Shown: positions 49,471-61,515 of the stretch, in pieces
Layout of the letters: each line of letters opens with the position of its first letter
Numbering within the stretch: position 1 is the first letter of the stretch
Assembly (NCBI RefSeq): GCF_001194135.2
Contig: NC_068982.1
Span: forward strand, 146,484,453 to 146,548,452
Direction of reading: 5' to 3'
Length of the DNA: 64,000 bases
Source of the DNA: Octopus bimaculoides
Taxonomy: Eukaryota
The notes under the pieces: generated by a model
The model's database searches: none
Told to the model about the DNA's origin: nothing
What the model saw: only the letters and a program-made list of their open reading frames with translations
Program-made: the position numbers and the translations under genes

Positions 49471-50108
49471 NNNNNNNNNNNNNNNNNNNNNNNNNNNNNN
49501 NNNNNNNNNNNNNNNNNNNNNNNNNNNNNNNNNNNNNNNNNNNNNNNNNNNNNNNNNNNNNNNNNNNNNNNNNNNNNNNNNNNNNNNNNNNNNNNNNNNN
49601 NNNNNNNNNNNNNNNNNNNNNNNNNNNNNNNNNNNNNNNNNNNNNNNNNNNNNNNNNNNNNNNNNNNNNNNNNNNNNNNNNNNNNNNNNNNNNNNNNNNN
49701 NNNNNNNNNNNNNNNNNNNNNNNNNNNNNNNNNNNNNNNNNNNNNNNNNNNNNNNNNNNNNNNNNNNNNNNNNNNNNNNNNNNNNNNNNNNNNNNNNNNN
49801 NNNNNNNNNNNNNNNNNNNNNNNNNNNNNNNNNNNNNNNNNNNNNNNNNNNNNNNNNNNNNNNNNNNNNNNNNNNNNNNNNNNNNNNNNNNNNNNNNNNN
49901 NNNNNNNNNNNNNNNNNNNNNNNNNNNNNNNNNNNNNNNNNNNNNNNNNNNNNNNNNNNNNNNNNNNNNNNNNNNNNNNNNNNNNNNNNNNNNNNNNNNN
50001 NNNNNNNNNNNNNNNNNNNNNNNNNNNNNNNNNNNNNNNNNNNNNNNNNNNNNNNNNNNNNNNNNNNNNNNNNNNNNNNNNNNNNNNNNNNNNNNNNNNN
50101 NNNNNNNN

Positions 50109-50139
<31 letters not shown>

Positions 50140-52142
50140 GTGCATGTGTTGTTTTAAGTGTAACGGGAAACCGTAACAGGAAATTAAAAAGATATGCCTA
50201 AGAACCTGAAGAAGTGAAACGTGTCATGTTTTAGAACACAGGGTTTAGCACCCATGTAGAAAAATATGCCTGATTATTCAGAAGCTCCTCTTATGTCATG
50301 GCAACTACGAGCAAATATCCCTTAATCGCTGATGAATAAACTCATGTAATAAAACAATAATGGCTATAACCTTAAACGAGCAAAAGTTTTGTTCGACATT
50401 TTAATACTATAAGTTATATAAAGTACTTGTAACTTAAAATATGATTTATGATATGATATGTATATCACAAAACACACTGCCTTCTGTTATTGAGTATGTA
50501 GGAGGATGTTGCAATCATAAGATGAGACAATTTCTCTGATGTCCTCGGAAGATACTCAAAATTCGAAATATTCTATTTGAAAAATTATAGAATTATGCTA
50601 ATTGTTAGTAATCTACATTTAGACTGTTTTATAATTCTGATCACCTTATGGTTTGCTTCAATTAAAATCGAATGCAATGTTGTTGCTATTCATAAACATA
50701 CTCTGTGTGTAATATAATTCAAAACAATATACGTGCCCACTAAAAGCGACATTAAGCCGACTACGAAGTATAGATGCACATCTTTCTTAACGCTTTACTA
50801 TTCCAACGGTACAAATTTACATCAAATTAGCACTTCCTAAGTAAGTATCCATATATTTATAAAAGCAAGGATATATCCAAGTAAGTTTATATTTAGCTGG
50901 TACGAAATTAGAATGAATTACTGCGGACTAATTGTGACATGATTCACTAAATCTTCATGCTGTAAAATCTCATTTTCGCATGAAGAATTGCCAATGTAAT
51001 TTCTTAATGGATGGATGCGAAAACTATTTGATTAAAATAAATGGGCCTTGTCAAATTAACAGTTGAACAGGTATATTTCAACTTCATCTTCATGACGACT
51101 GCTCCTAGAAATATCCACCATTACCTCTCTATTATTTCCTGATTTTCTATTATTGCCAAATATTACGCAACGAATATAATCATTTCAAAGGAATTATTTT
51201 ACGACAGATATTTTTCCTTATTCATATTGTTTGTACTCCTTAAAATTTCTAAATTTTATTTGTCTTCCCATTCCGCTGCTTTTGCATTAATATTACATTT
51301 GTTAATTGTAATTTTCTAGAAAAAAATTAAGTTTCGCCCATATTGCCAGTTAGAATACATCAAATTTACGAGATCATTGTTTGTCTAATTGTCGAATATC
51401 AGTATAAAGTGCTTTTTCTTTTCTTTATTTTTCCATTTTTGCATTTGGTTTGCAAGCTTCATAATGTAAAATCGTGTGCTGAAACGTGTGTATCTTTGGA
51501 GAAAGACACGCACAGTTTCTATTTCCCTTTGTTAATCTTTATTAGTCAATGAGTTAAACATTGAATCAATTAACTAATCGACTGCTTGTTTAATCGTTCG
51601 GCCAATCAATCGATTTGCTAGGTTCGTCAGCGTCCTTTCGTTGCTGTTCGCCACCTAATCAATGATAGCAAGAATTTCTCTTCTCCAAAGTCTGTCAGTC
51701 TTCAAGCTTTCAAATTCCCTATCTATATTTATAGGAATATAAAAATGTAACACAGGAAAGAGAGATTATGAAAGATAGGGGGACACTGGCATGTACTTGT
51801 ATATTCATGTGTGTGTGTGAGTGCCTATGTATGAGTATGGTATGGATATGAGACGTTTTGGTACGGGTGTTTTGTCACCGCATATTTAGCGTCACTGATT
51901 CGATTCTGCCTTGACATCAGACGTTTTAATGTTTCTTTCCTTCTCTCTCACCTTTGCTCCTATCTCTCCCTCTCTCTTTTCTTCTCTCCCCCCTCTCTCT
52001 CTCTCTCTCTGCTTTGTGTGTTAGCATATTCCTGTTTATGAATGTGAGTAGAAAGAAAGTGTTTATGTGAATCGTGTTCAATTAGTAAATTATAATCTCA
52101 CTCTCCCTCTCCTTCTCTCACAGCCTCTTTATATTTTTCTAT

Positions 52143-52191
<49 letters not shown>

Positions 52192-54934
52192 TCTCCATGT
52201 CTCAATGCTTAAATGTGTAAGCATCTGTGAAATGTCCCCTTCTCATGCTCTCCTTTTGTATCAATGTGTCCATTTCTGCAAGCACGCACGTGCATGTATT
52301 TATGTGTGTGTTTGCCTTTACCGTCAAAAAGAACTGTCGCCGAATCAGGCTGAATGTTCATTAAACCGTGCCAGATTATTAGCATTCAAACAGCCCTGCA
52401 CAGTCGGCTCGTTCCAGTCTGGTGTGTATTCTGTGAAAGGTGTGAGTAATGAACAGTTTTTTAAAAATTTCATAGTGTCTTTTTACGAATAAAATGCATG
52501 TGTGTAAGTGTGTGTGTTGGTGTCTGTGCATGAGTGTATGGACATTCAACTCCAGTCAATTTATATTCCTTTATTTCTTTTGGAATATTTTATATTTGTT
52601 TGTGTAAAGGTAGAAAATATTAAAAAATGTGGCATTCATGCTTTTTTTCTTTCAACCCTCCAATGCGTACATTTTGATATCAAAAGACGATGTTTCCCCG
52701 GTCAGATTCGAATTTACAGCGCTGAAAAGCATTCTAAGACATTCTGACCAGTGTGCAGATAGTGGTGCTTTGGTGATCTACAAAACGTATCGAAAACCAT
52801 TAAGCTTATGATTCTACTCGTAAATTGAAATCACTGATATAAGCACCTAAACTTTTATGACATATTTGCATAGACCCACTGCTCCTCAATGCCCTGCTTC
52901 ACAAATTAAGAAATTTGCATTAGGTGGAAGTATATGTCTTCATATATACATATATGTGTGCGTGCGTGTGCGTGTATGTATGTATGTATGTGTGTATATA
53001 TATATATATATATNNNNNNNNNNNNNNNNNNNNNNNNNNNNNNNNNNNNNNNNNNNNNNNNNNNNNNNNNNNNNNNNNNNNNNNNNNNNNNNNNNNNNNN
53101 NNNNNNNNNNNNNNNNNNNNNNNNNNNNNNNNNNNNNNNNNNNNNNNNNNNNNNNNNNNNNNNNNNNNNNNNNNNNNNNNNNNNNNNNNNNNNNNNNNNN
53201 NNNNNNNNNNNNNNNNNNNNNNNNNNNNNNNNNNNNNNNNNNNNNNNNNNNNNNNNNNNNNNNNNNNNNNNAAACGTATTGATTATAAGGCCAGCTATAT
53301 TTAAACAATATTAAAAGGTTCAACTTGTTATCAAATATGGTATAGCACAGTAGTTTATTGAGGATATTGAACTTCTGAATATTAACACACTTAAAACAAC
53401 AGATGAAACAATAAAAAAATGATTGTATTAACTCTAACCTGGCGTGATGCCAAGGAGGTATTTTAAAATACTAATATTTCTTAACCCAAGTCTGAATTTT
53501 CTTCTTAGTTCACCAAATTAGAAACATGCCTAAATTTGAAATTTCATGCAGCATAATCGCATTAATTACTGAAGTGGACGCTAGCATACTGAATGTAGTC
53601 ATCCATTAAAATTGCTAAATTAAAATTACACCATTCGATTTCAATACAATTATTTTCTAATAACTATTTCTGACTAAGAAACCCAAGAGAGACAATTTTC
53701 AGAAAGTTTAATTAATTAAAGTGTTCATATATGGAATGCATTTGGAAGAGGAACTGATCTTTAACACTACTGTTACAAATCTACGTATGTTTTGTACTTC
53801 ATTTTACTCAACGAATGTCTTTAACTTTTGATTGACGATAGCCGAAATTGAAAGAAAAATAGCAACCATCTTTTATCATTTAAGAACAAAACGTTGGCTT
53901 TGAAAATTTTCCATTATCCAATGGAAAACAATACTACATTACGGGTAATTTCATGTGAGATAGTTCCGTCTATGCACGTCTTACGCAAGTGAAATAAGTA
54001 AACGATGTTACAAACCAACTTTCAATAGCTGAGGTAATAAGAAAACCTTCATGCAGTCACAGTCTACTAAAACAAAGCGGCCAGTATACCTCAAAATATT
54101 CCTACTCTCATACATAGCACAATAGAACATTAAAGTTTTCCCAAATTAATAAAGAGACGAAACAGCTTTAGCCAAATCTTGTTGAATCATAACCAAAGCT
54201 GAATAGCAACTATAAAACCGTGTGGCCAGCATATGTATAGTCCATTCTCAGTGTACTGGTTACATTGAAAATCCTTGCGGTCAACCTTATTGTACATTAA
54301 CAATGGTTCTGTTCTCCAGCGGAATAACATGGTAAATGAGTAAAACAAATATCAGAAATGACGTTCTTGTGCGAAATTATATAAGTTTTCATCAGTCAAC
54401 TTTCGAAGTATACTTTAAATAACGTTTATATTATATGTAAAAATTCACACATTAAATATTTGTGATAAAACATTGCGTGCGCGAGTGTGTCCGTGTTTTT
54501 GCATGTATTCATGCATGTGCAAGTGTGTGTTGGAGTATGAGATATTGAAATTATAAGGAGTTTACAAGTAGCAGTATTGACATCAGGGGTTTCAAAAGAA
54601 ACATTGTCACTAAATGGAATCTGAAAAAATATATCATAAGCAGACACAATGAATTAGTACCTTGCATCACCACCGTAATCGTGTTTTCTACTGTATGAAT
54701 GTTCGGCACAGCAAAACTTTGCATGACCGTTTAGCTTACTAAAGAGAACTATTAAATTTATCAGATTGAGTCAAAATTGTTTTCGGATTTTCACTGATGA
54801 TATTTGGCATCTTATATCTTTATGTTACTTCATTAATTTGATACAACTTGTTGTTCAATCGTTGCTAAATTGTTTGTTCTTTAAATTCATATATAACATA
54901 TAAACATCGATTGCTTATTTAAAGTTTTGAAAAT

Positions 54935-55125
54935 GAGTGCTTAAAAAATTTGCAATTCGAGCCATTTTACGCTACCTGAGCAAAAAAGGCAACGACACCA
55001 GCAAGAGAAATTGTCAGTAACCGTGTGGAACAAAACTGGTTCTGGTGTTTCAAGAAAGATGACAGCAGCTTCGAACAAAAATAAGGTCAGGAAAACCTTC
55101 GGTTACGAAAGATGAAGTTTTCTGC
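54935..55125 (+). mobile_element. Mariner transposase N-terminal fragment
   Basis: FAIRAILRYLSKKG, QNWFWCFKKDDSSFE and RSGKPSVTKDE, across frameshifts. Confidence 0.6.
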
Positions 55126-55149
55126 ATGTTTATTTATTGTTCTTTATTA

Positions 55150-55420
55150 TTTACTATTCTTATTCTTTAGTGTTTGTCTATGTAAACTTAAACCTACAAC
55201 ATGACTCTATGTATCCCTCCACGCTCACTACTTATGATTCAGTGTCTTTACAAATGTTTTTGGACATAATGCTTGTTTCTTCTTTCCAGTCATTGTTTTT
55301 ATGTGCGGAGGTAACCAGTTTTAATTGTCTTTGTCCTCTGGGCCTCAAACTTCCATTTACTTTGCCCTGTTGATGAAGAATATATAATTGCAAACATAGG
55401 CCTAGGGTCCCACCACTTAG
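55150..55420 (-). mobile_element. Degenerate RTE LINE 3' end
   Basis: QGKVNGSLRPRGQRQ resembles the RTE C-terminal G(K)V.G.R.RGRQR motif. Confidence 0.4.
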
Positions 55421-57517
55421 TCCTCATGTGGAAGCTGGCTACCTTTTATAAAGAAGTTGTTAGCTTCTCTTTGCACGGGCAAGGAGACAGTCTTTTACAA
55501 TATGCTCTCCCAGGCACTTTTCCCAGAAGCTAACTATTGTTTAGTGCTTCCTTCACAAAACGGCAAAAGACACATTAGTGTTGTCTTCGTTGTTAAAATT
55601 ACTTTTTTGCTTCATTTTTGTTATCATTTGTGCTTGTCAAAGCATTAATAATTGTGTTATAATATTAGTCTCTTTAACATCTATTGCTAATTTCTTTTTC
55701 ATCTTTTTATGGAAAGCTGTATTTCCTACTGTTGTGTTTGTTGTAAACACGTTATTTCTCTCGAAAAAAGCTGATCATCTGTGTCACAGGTAAGTAATAT
55801 TTTCTAAAACTATAACAATATATTCATTGTACAAAATCAACTTCATTCTTCCGCCACAGGGAAATGCGTCGGAAGCCGAAGCGTCCATAATGTTGTATAC
55901 AAAATAAGCACAATTATTTTCTAGCCTTTAGGCGTGATAAAATTCATTTCTTCCTTTGCGCCATCAAAGGCTCCCGTTCATTGTAAAAGCTATAATAATG
56001 ATTACAATAACAAAACTAATATTAATATCATAAAATCTTTGTTGAATCATGTCACTCCATGACTGATCATTTATTCAATACTGAAAGGAGTAAGTGCCAA
56101 AATTATCAATGCTTTGCTGCAAGTGTTAACAACCGAATTATAATTATGTTCATTAATAATATAAGATCCAGATCTCACCTCATTTCTGTACCAACTTACG
56201 GGCAGATACTCAGTCTTTCTCATACTTTCCTATGCTCAGCCTAAAACTTCTGTCCATTTATTTTTGAGAGAATGTTTGTTTCACGCACCTCGAATATGAA
56301 CGGACCGTGCTATTCGGAATCATGTAATAGTTACTACCGCTGTTGCTACTGTTGTTGGTTTTGTGTGTTGTTGCTGTTGCTATTGCTGTTACTGTCGTTA
56401 TGTTCCAAATCATTTGAATATTTGGGACATTTTGTTCGATTAATTTGTTCAATACGCTATTCATTTTTTCTTCACGTACATTTAATTGCGTCTTGATTAT
56501 TTTTGTGTGTCTATGGGTGGGATGTTGTTTTCTTTTTTAGTCATTGTAGTATTTTGTTGGGTGGGATAATTATGTGGTAGTTGTTTTGAATGTGAAAACA
56601 AAATTTTAAAGTTTGTAAAACAAACAATTTTTTTCTTTCTGTTCACTACCCCAGGATATCGAAGCCAGCCCCTCATTTGTCTAATGGTTTGACGGGCAAC
56701 ATTTTTCATTTATGTTTTATGTAGTGTTTTTGGTACCGAAACACTTTCAAACTTCGAATACTTGTATATTTTGTGTTATAGAACAGATNNNNNNNNNNNN
56801 NNNNNNNNNNNNNNNNNNNNNNNNNNNNNNNNNNNNNNNNNNNNNNNNNNNNNNNNNNNNNNNNNNNNNNNNNNNNNNNNNNNNNNNNNNNNNNNNNNNN
56901 NNNNNNNNNNNNNNNNNNNNNNNNNNNNNNNNNNNNNNNNNNNNNNNNNNNNNNNNNNNNNNNNNNNNNNNNNNNNNNNNNNNNNNNNNNNNNNNNNNNN
57001 NNNNNNNNNNNNNNNNNNNNNNNNNNNNNNNNNNNNNNNNNNNNNNNNNNNNNNNNNNNNNNNNNNNNNNNNNNNNNNNNNNNNNNNNNNNNNNNNNNNN
57101 NNNNNNNNNNNNNNNNNNNNNNNNNNNNNNNNNNNNNNNNNNNNNNNNNNNNNNNNNNNNNNNNNNNNNNNNNNNNNNNNNNNNNNNNNNNNNNNNNNNN
57201 NNNNNNNNNNNNNNNNNNNNNNNNNNNNNNNNNNNNNNNNNNNNNNNNNNNNNNNNNNNNNNNNNNNNNNNNNNNNNNNNNNNNNNNNNNNNNNNNNNNN
57301 NNNNNNNNNNNNNNNNNNNNNNNNNNNNNNNNNNNNNNNNNNNNNNNNNNNNNNNNNNNNNNNNNNNNNNNNNNNNNNNNNNNNNNNNNNNNNNNNNNNN
57401 NNNNNNNNNNNNNNNNNNNNNNNNNNNNNNNNNNNNNNNNNNNNNNNNNNNNNNNNNNNNNNNNNNNNNNNNNNNNNNNNNNNNNNNNNNNNNNNNNNNN
57501 NNNNNNNNNNNNNNNNA

Positions 57518-57621
57518 GAAGAAGAAGAAGAAGAAGAAGAAGAAGAAGAAGAAGAAGAAGAAGAAGAAGAAGAAGAAGAAGAAGAAGAAGAAGAAGAAGA
57601 AGAAGAAGAAGAAGAAGAAGA
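57518..57621. repeat. (GAA)n microsatellite
   Basis: Direct reading; source of the poly-K/E/S/L ORFs. Confidence 0.97.
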
Positions 57622-57639
57622 ATCGATGGCAAAATAGGT

Positions 57640-57780
57640 AAACGGATAAGTCCTAAAATTTCTTTTGTGGGGAAGGAATGACGAAATCGACTGCAGCACT
57701 CGAATGCTACTTCATGTTCTCGACCCCTAAGGGATGAAAGCAATTGTAACCTCAAAGAGGAGTGGGTTTCATGCTCAATA
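57640..57780 (-). mobile_element. Degenerate SINE remnant
   Basis: TCGACCCCTAAGGGATGAAAG is the reverse of the CTTTCATCC..GGGGTCGA body seen in the other SINE copies. Confidence 0.55.
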
Positions 57781-58376
57781 TTTTAAAACAACGGTAATGG
57801 AGATGTTATCTGACAATCAGAAGGTTTAAATTTCAGTTTTTATTTAAAACATATAACTAATTTAAATGACCACAATACATTTTTCAAACTGTTTTCTCAA
57901 ACCACAAATAGATAGAACACCGAGTGGACACCACAATATTAAATGACGCACTGGAAGTTACTGGTTATCGTTTTAAGAGTATATTTTAAAAAGGCATTTA
58001 GATAAATACTTCATTAATTCTACTAACTTGACAACCTCTCAAATAAAATGTTAAGATTATAGTTATCGGAAAACTCTTTAAATTTTCGATTTGACAACTG
58101 CATTCATTCTTTGATTAAAAAAAAACAAAGACAAACAAAAACAAGAAAAAAACAAATAACGTAAATGTTTAAAACGAGGAGACGCTTTAACATAATATTT
58201 CATCTATCAAATTATTTTGTGGAGCCAACACGAAATACATATAAATAATTGAATTTTTGTTTAAATGATTGCATATGTAATGCATACATAGGTGTGTAAA
58301 ATACAAAAAATAAAAACAGACAATCCTACTATACATATGTGTGTGTGTGCATGTGTGTTTGAGTGTGTATGTGTGT

Positions 58377-58425
<49 letters not shown>

Positions 58426-58809
58426 TGAAATTGTGTATGCTTAATACATTCACATTTATCTAAGCATTATTACAAACGTGACTGGACTTTAAACTATGGA
58501 TATTTTTTTCTGATTTTAAATTAGATATCTACTTATTAGAATCCTATTTCGTTTTGAAGAATCGGTTAAATCGACTCAATTTTCCACTTGATGTGATTTA
58601 TTCTCTTAATCATGCAGTAAACATCTGTAAAGAAATTCTAATCACATACGTTGGACAGTAATATACTACTTTCACAGTAGAAATGAAAATGAGGAGAAAT
58701 GTTTTCATGACATAGATGAGAAAGAAATCGTTTGATATTCATTTGCAAACGCGCTTCATCAAATACAGGATTGCCAGCTAAAAGTAGTTAAATATGTAAT
58801 AGCTTCAAT

Positions 58810-59295
58810 GCGGTGAGCTGGCAGAAACATTTGCACGCCGGACGAAATGCTTAGCGTATTTCATCTGAGTTCAAATTCCGCGGAGGTCGACTTTGACTTT
58901 CATCCATTCGGGGTTGATAAATTAAGTACCAGTTACGCACTGAGGTCGATATAATCGTCTTAATCCCTTTGTCTGTCCATGTTTGTCCCCTCTATGTTTA
59001 ACCCCTTGTGGACGATAAAGAAATAAGAAACGTTAGCGTGCCGGGCGAAATGCTTAACGGTATTTTGTATGCCGCTACGTTCTGAGTTCAAATTCAGCCG
59101 ACGTCGATTTTGCCTTTCATCCATTTGAGGTCGATTAAATAAGTACCAGTTATGCACTGGGGTCGATATAATCGACTTAATCCCTTTGTCTGTCCTTGTT
59201 TGTCCCCTCTATGTTTAGCCCCTTGTGTGCAGTAAAGAAATAAGAAACGTTTGCAGGCCGGGTGAAATGCTTAGCGGTATTTCGTCTGCCGTTAC
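58810..59295 (+). mobile_element. Head-to-tail tandem SINE array (at least 3 units, period about 203-217 bp)
   Basis: Units start at 58810 (full head), 59027 and 59244 (heads lacking the first ~14 nt); the array runs into a gap. Confidence 0.9.
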
Positions 59296-60183
59296 NNNNN
59301 NNNNNNNNNNNNNNNNNNNNNNNNNNNNNNNNNNNNNNNNNNNNNNNNNNNNNNNNNNNNNNNNNNNNNNNNNNNNNNNNNNNNNNNNNNNNNNNNNNNN
59401 NNNNNNNNNNNNNNNNNNNNNNNNNNNNNNNNNNNNNNNNNNNNNNNNNNNNNNNNNNNNNNNNNNNNNNNNNNNNNNNNNNNNNNNNNNNNNNNNNNNN
59501 NNNNNNNNNNNNNNNNNNNNNNNNNNNNNNNNNNNNNNNNNNNNNNNNNNNNNNNNNNNNNNNNNNNNNNNNNNNNNNNNNNNNNNNNNNNNNNNNNNNN
59601 NNNNNNNNNNNNNNNNNNNNNNNNNNNNNNNNNNNNNNNNNNNNNNNNNNNNNNNNNNNNNNNNNNNNNNNNNNNNNNNNNNNNNNNNNNNNNNNNNNNN
59701 NNNNNNNNNNNNNNNNNNNNNNNNNNNNNNNNNNNNNNNNNNNNNNNNNNNNNNNNNNNNNNNNNNNNNNNNNNNNNNNNNNNNNNNNNNNNNNNNNNNN
59801 NNNNNNNNNNNNNNNNNNNNNNNNNNNNNNNNNNNNNNNNNNNNNNNNNNNNNNNNNNNNNNNNNNNNNNNNNNNNNNNNNNNNNNNNNNNNNNNNNNNN
59901 NNNNNNNNNNNNNNNNNNNNNNNNNNNNNNNNNNNNNNNNNNNNNNNNNNNNNNNNNNNNNNNNNNNNNNNNNNNNNNNNNNNNNNNNNNNNNNNNNNNN
60001 NNNNNNNNNNNNNNNNNNNNNNNNNNNNNNNNNNNNNNNNNNNNNNNNNNNNNNNNNNNNNNNNNNNNNNNNNNNNNNNNNNNNNNNNNNNNNNNNNNNN
60101 NNNNNNNNNNNNNNNNNNNNNNNNNNNNNNNNNNNNNNNNNNNNNNNNNNNNNNNNNNNNNNNNNNNNNNNNNNNNNNNNNNN

Positions 60184-60231
<48 letters not shown>

Positions 60232-60444
60232 GTATGCATGCATACATGTCTGTCTGTATATATGTATATGCATTTGTATGTACGTATGTATATATGTATA
60301 TATGTATGTATACATGTGTATATACATACATACATATACATGCATACATATACATACATACATACATACATACACACACACATACACACATACATACATA
60401 CAAACATACATACATACATACATACATACATACATACATACACA

Positions 60445-61095
60445 AGGACAACAATATAAACTGAGCTGCTCATATAAATAGCTAAGTTGACATAGCCCGC
60501 AGAATGTGTTCCTGGATTCTTAGAACTTTCCAGTCGAGAAATATCCACATCATTATCCTTCCCCTTTCTACTTTTGCCCGACCCCACCTAGAATACTGTT
60601 GTCCACTGTGGTCTCCCCACACGGAACAAAGTATCATTGAAATTGAAGCATCTCAAAGGTCAATTACAAAAAAAGATGCATGGCAAGACAGGCCTTGACT
60701 ATTGGGGTCGACTAGAAAAGCTCAATCTTTATTCTCTCCAACGCTACCGTGAGTGCTAAATCATCTGCATGATGTGGAAAATACTCCATCAGCATTGCCT
60801 ATCCTTCCACAACATATATACTCGCATCACTTAGCAATAGGGCACAATCATTTCACCTCAATTGGCCCAGCTCTCTTTAACATTACACCAAAACACATTA
60901 AAGCAGAAAGAGACCCCATAAGGTTCAAGAAGTCTTTGGACAAATTCCTTCAGAAAATCCCGGATAATTTTCCTAAACCCGGATATGCCCCCGTAACAAA
61001 AATCTCTCTCACTGAGTGGGCCATGTTGACAATTCGGGATTTGAAGGACTTAGCCAGGTGGTGCTATTAAGTTAGACATGGACTGGGCCAATATG
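60445..61095 (+). mobile_element. CR1-group LINE 3' fragment (same family as the 29.9-31.3 kb relic)
   Basis: MCSWILRTFQSR...FARPHLEYCCPLWSP...IEASQR, LYSLQRYRE, HNHFTSIGPALFNITPKHIK...FKKSLDKFLQKIPD. Confidence 0.9.
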
Positions 61096-61113
61096 GCCGA
61101 AACCTATCAAATT

Positions 61114-61157
<44 letters not shown>

Positions 61158-61515
61158 NNNNNNNNNNNNNNNNNNNNNNNNNNNNNNNNNNNNNNNNNNN
61201 NNNNNNNNNNNNNNNNNNNNNNNNNNNNNNNNNNNNNNNNNNNNNNNNNNNNNNNNNNNNNNNNNNNNNNNNNNNNNNNNNNNNNNNNNNNNNNNNNNNN
61301 NNNNNNNNNNNNNNNNNNNNNNNNNNNNNNNNNNNNNNNNNNNNNNNNNNNNNNNNNNNNNNNNNNNNNNNNNNNNNNNNNNNNNNNNNNNNNNNNNNNN
61401 NNNNNNNNNNNNCACTATCACATATAGAAAAATTAATAATTGAAAGCACAATAAATGAGTATAATATAATACTAAGTAAATATCATAATATCAAAAGATA
61501 AAGTAAATAAAATGA

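Noticed and set aside
50200-50230. CTGAAGA...GAAAC hammerhead-like words
   Set aside because: Only 3 nt separate the core halves, so stem II cannot form.
54315-54335. Possible 12-nt microexon (ttctccag|CGGAATAACATG|gtaaat)
   Set aside because: Cannot be distinguished from chance without RNA-seq.
55770-55910. GTAAGT...CCACAG mini-intron of about 70 bp joining short frames
   Set aside because: The joined frames are short and stop quickly; no homology.
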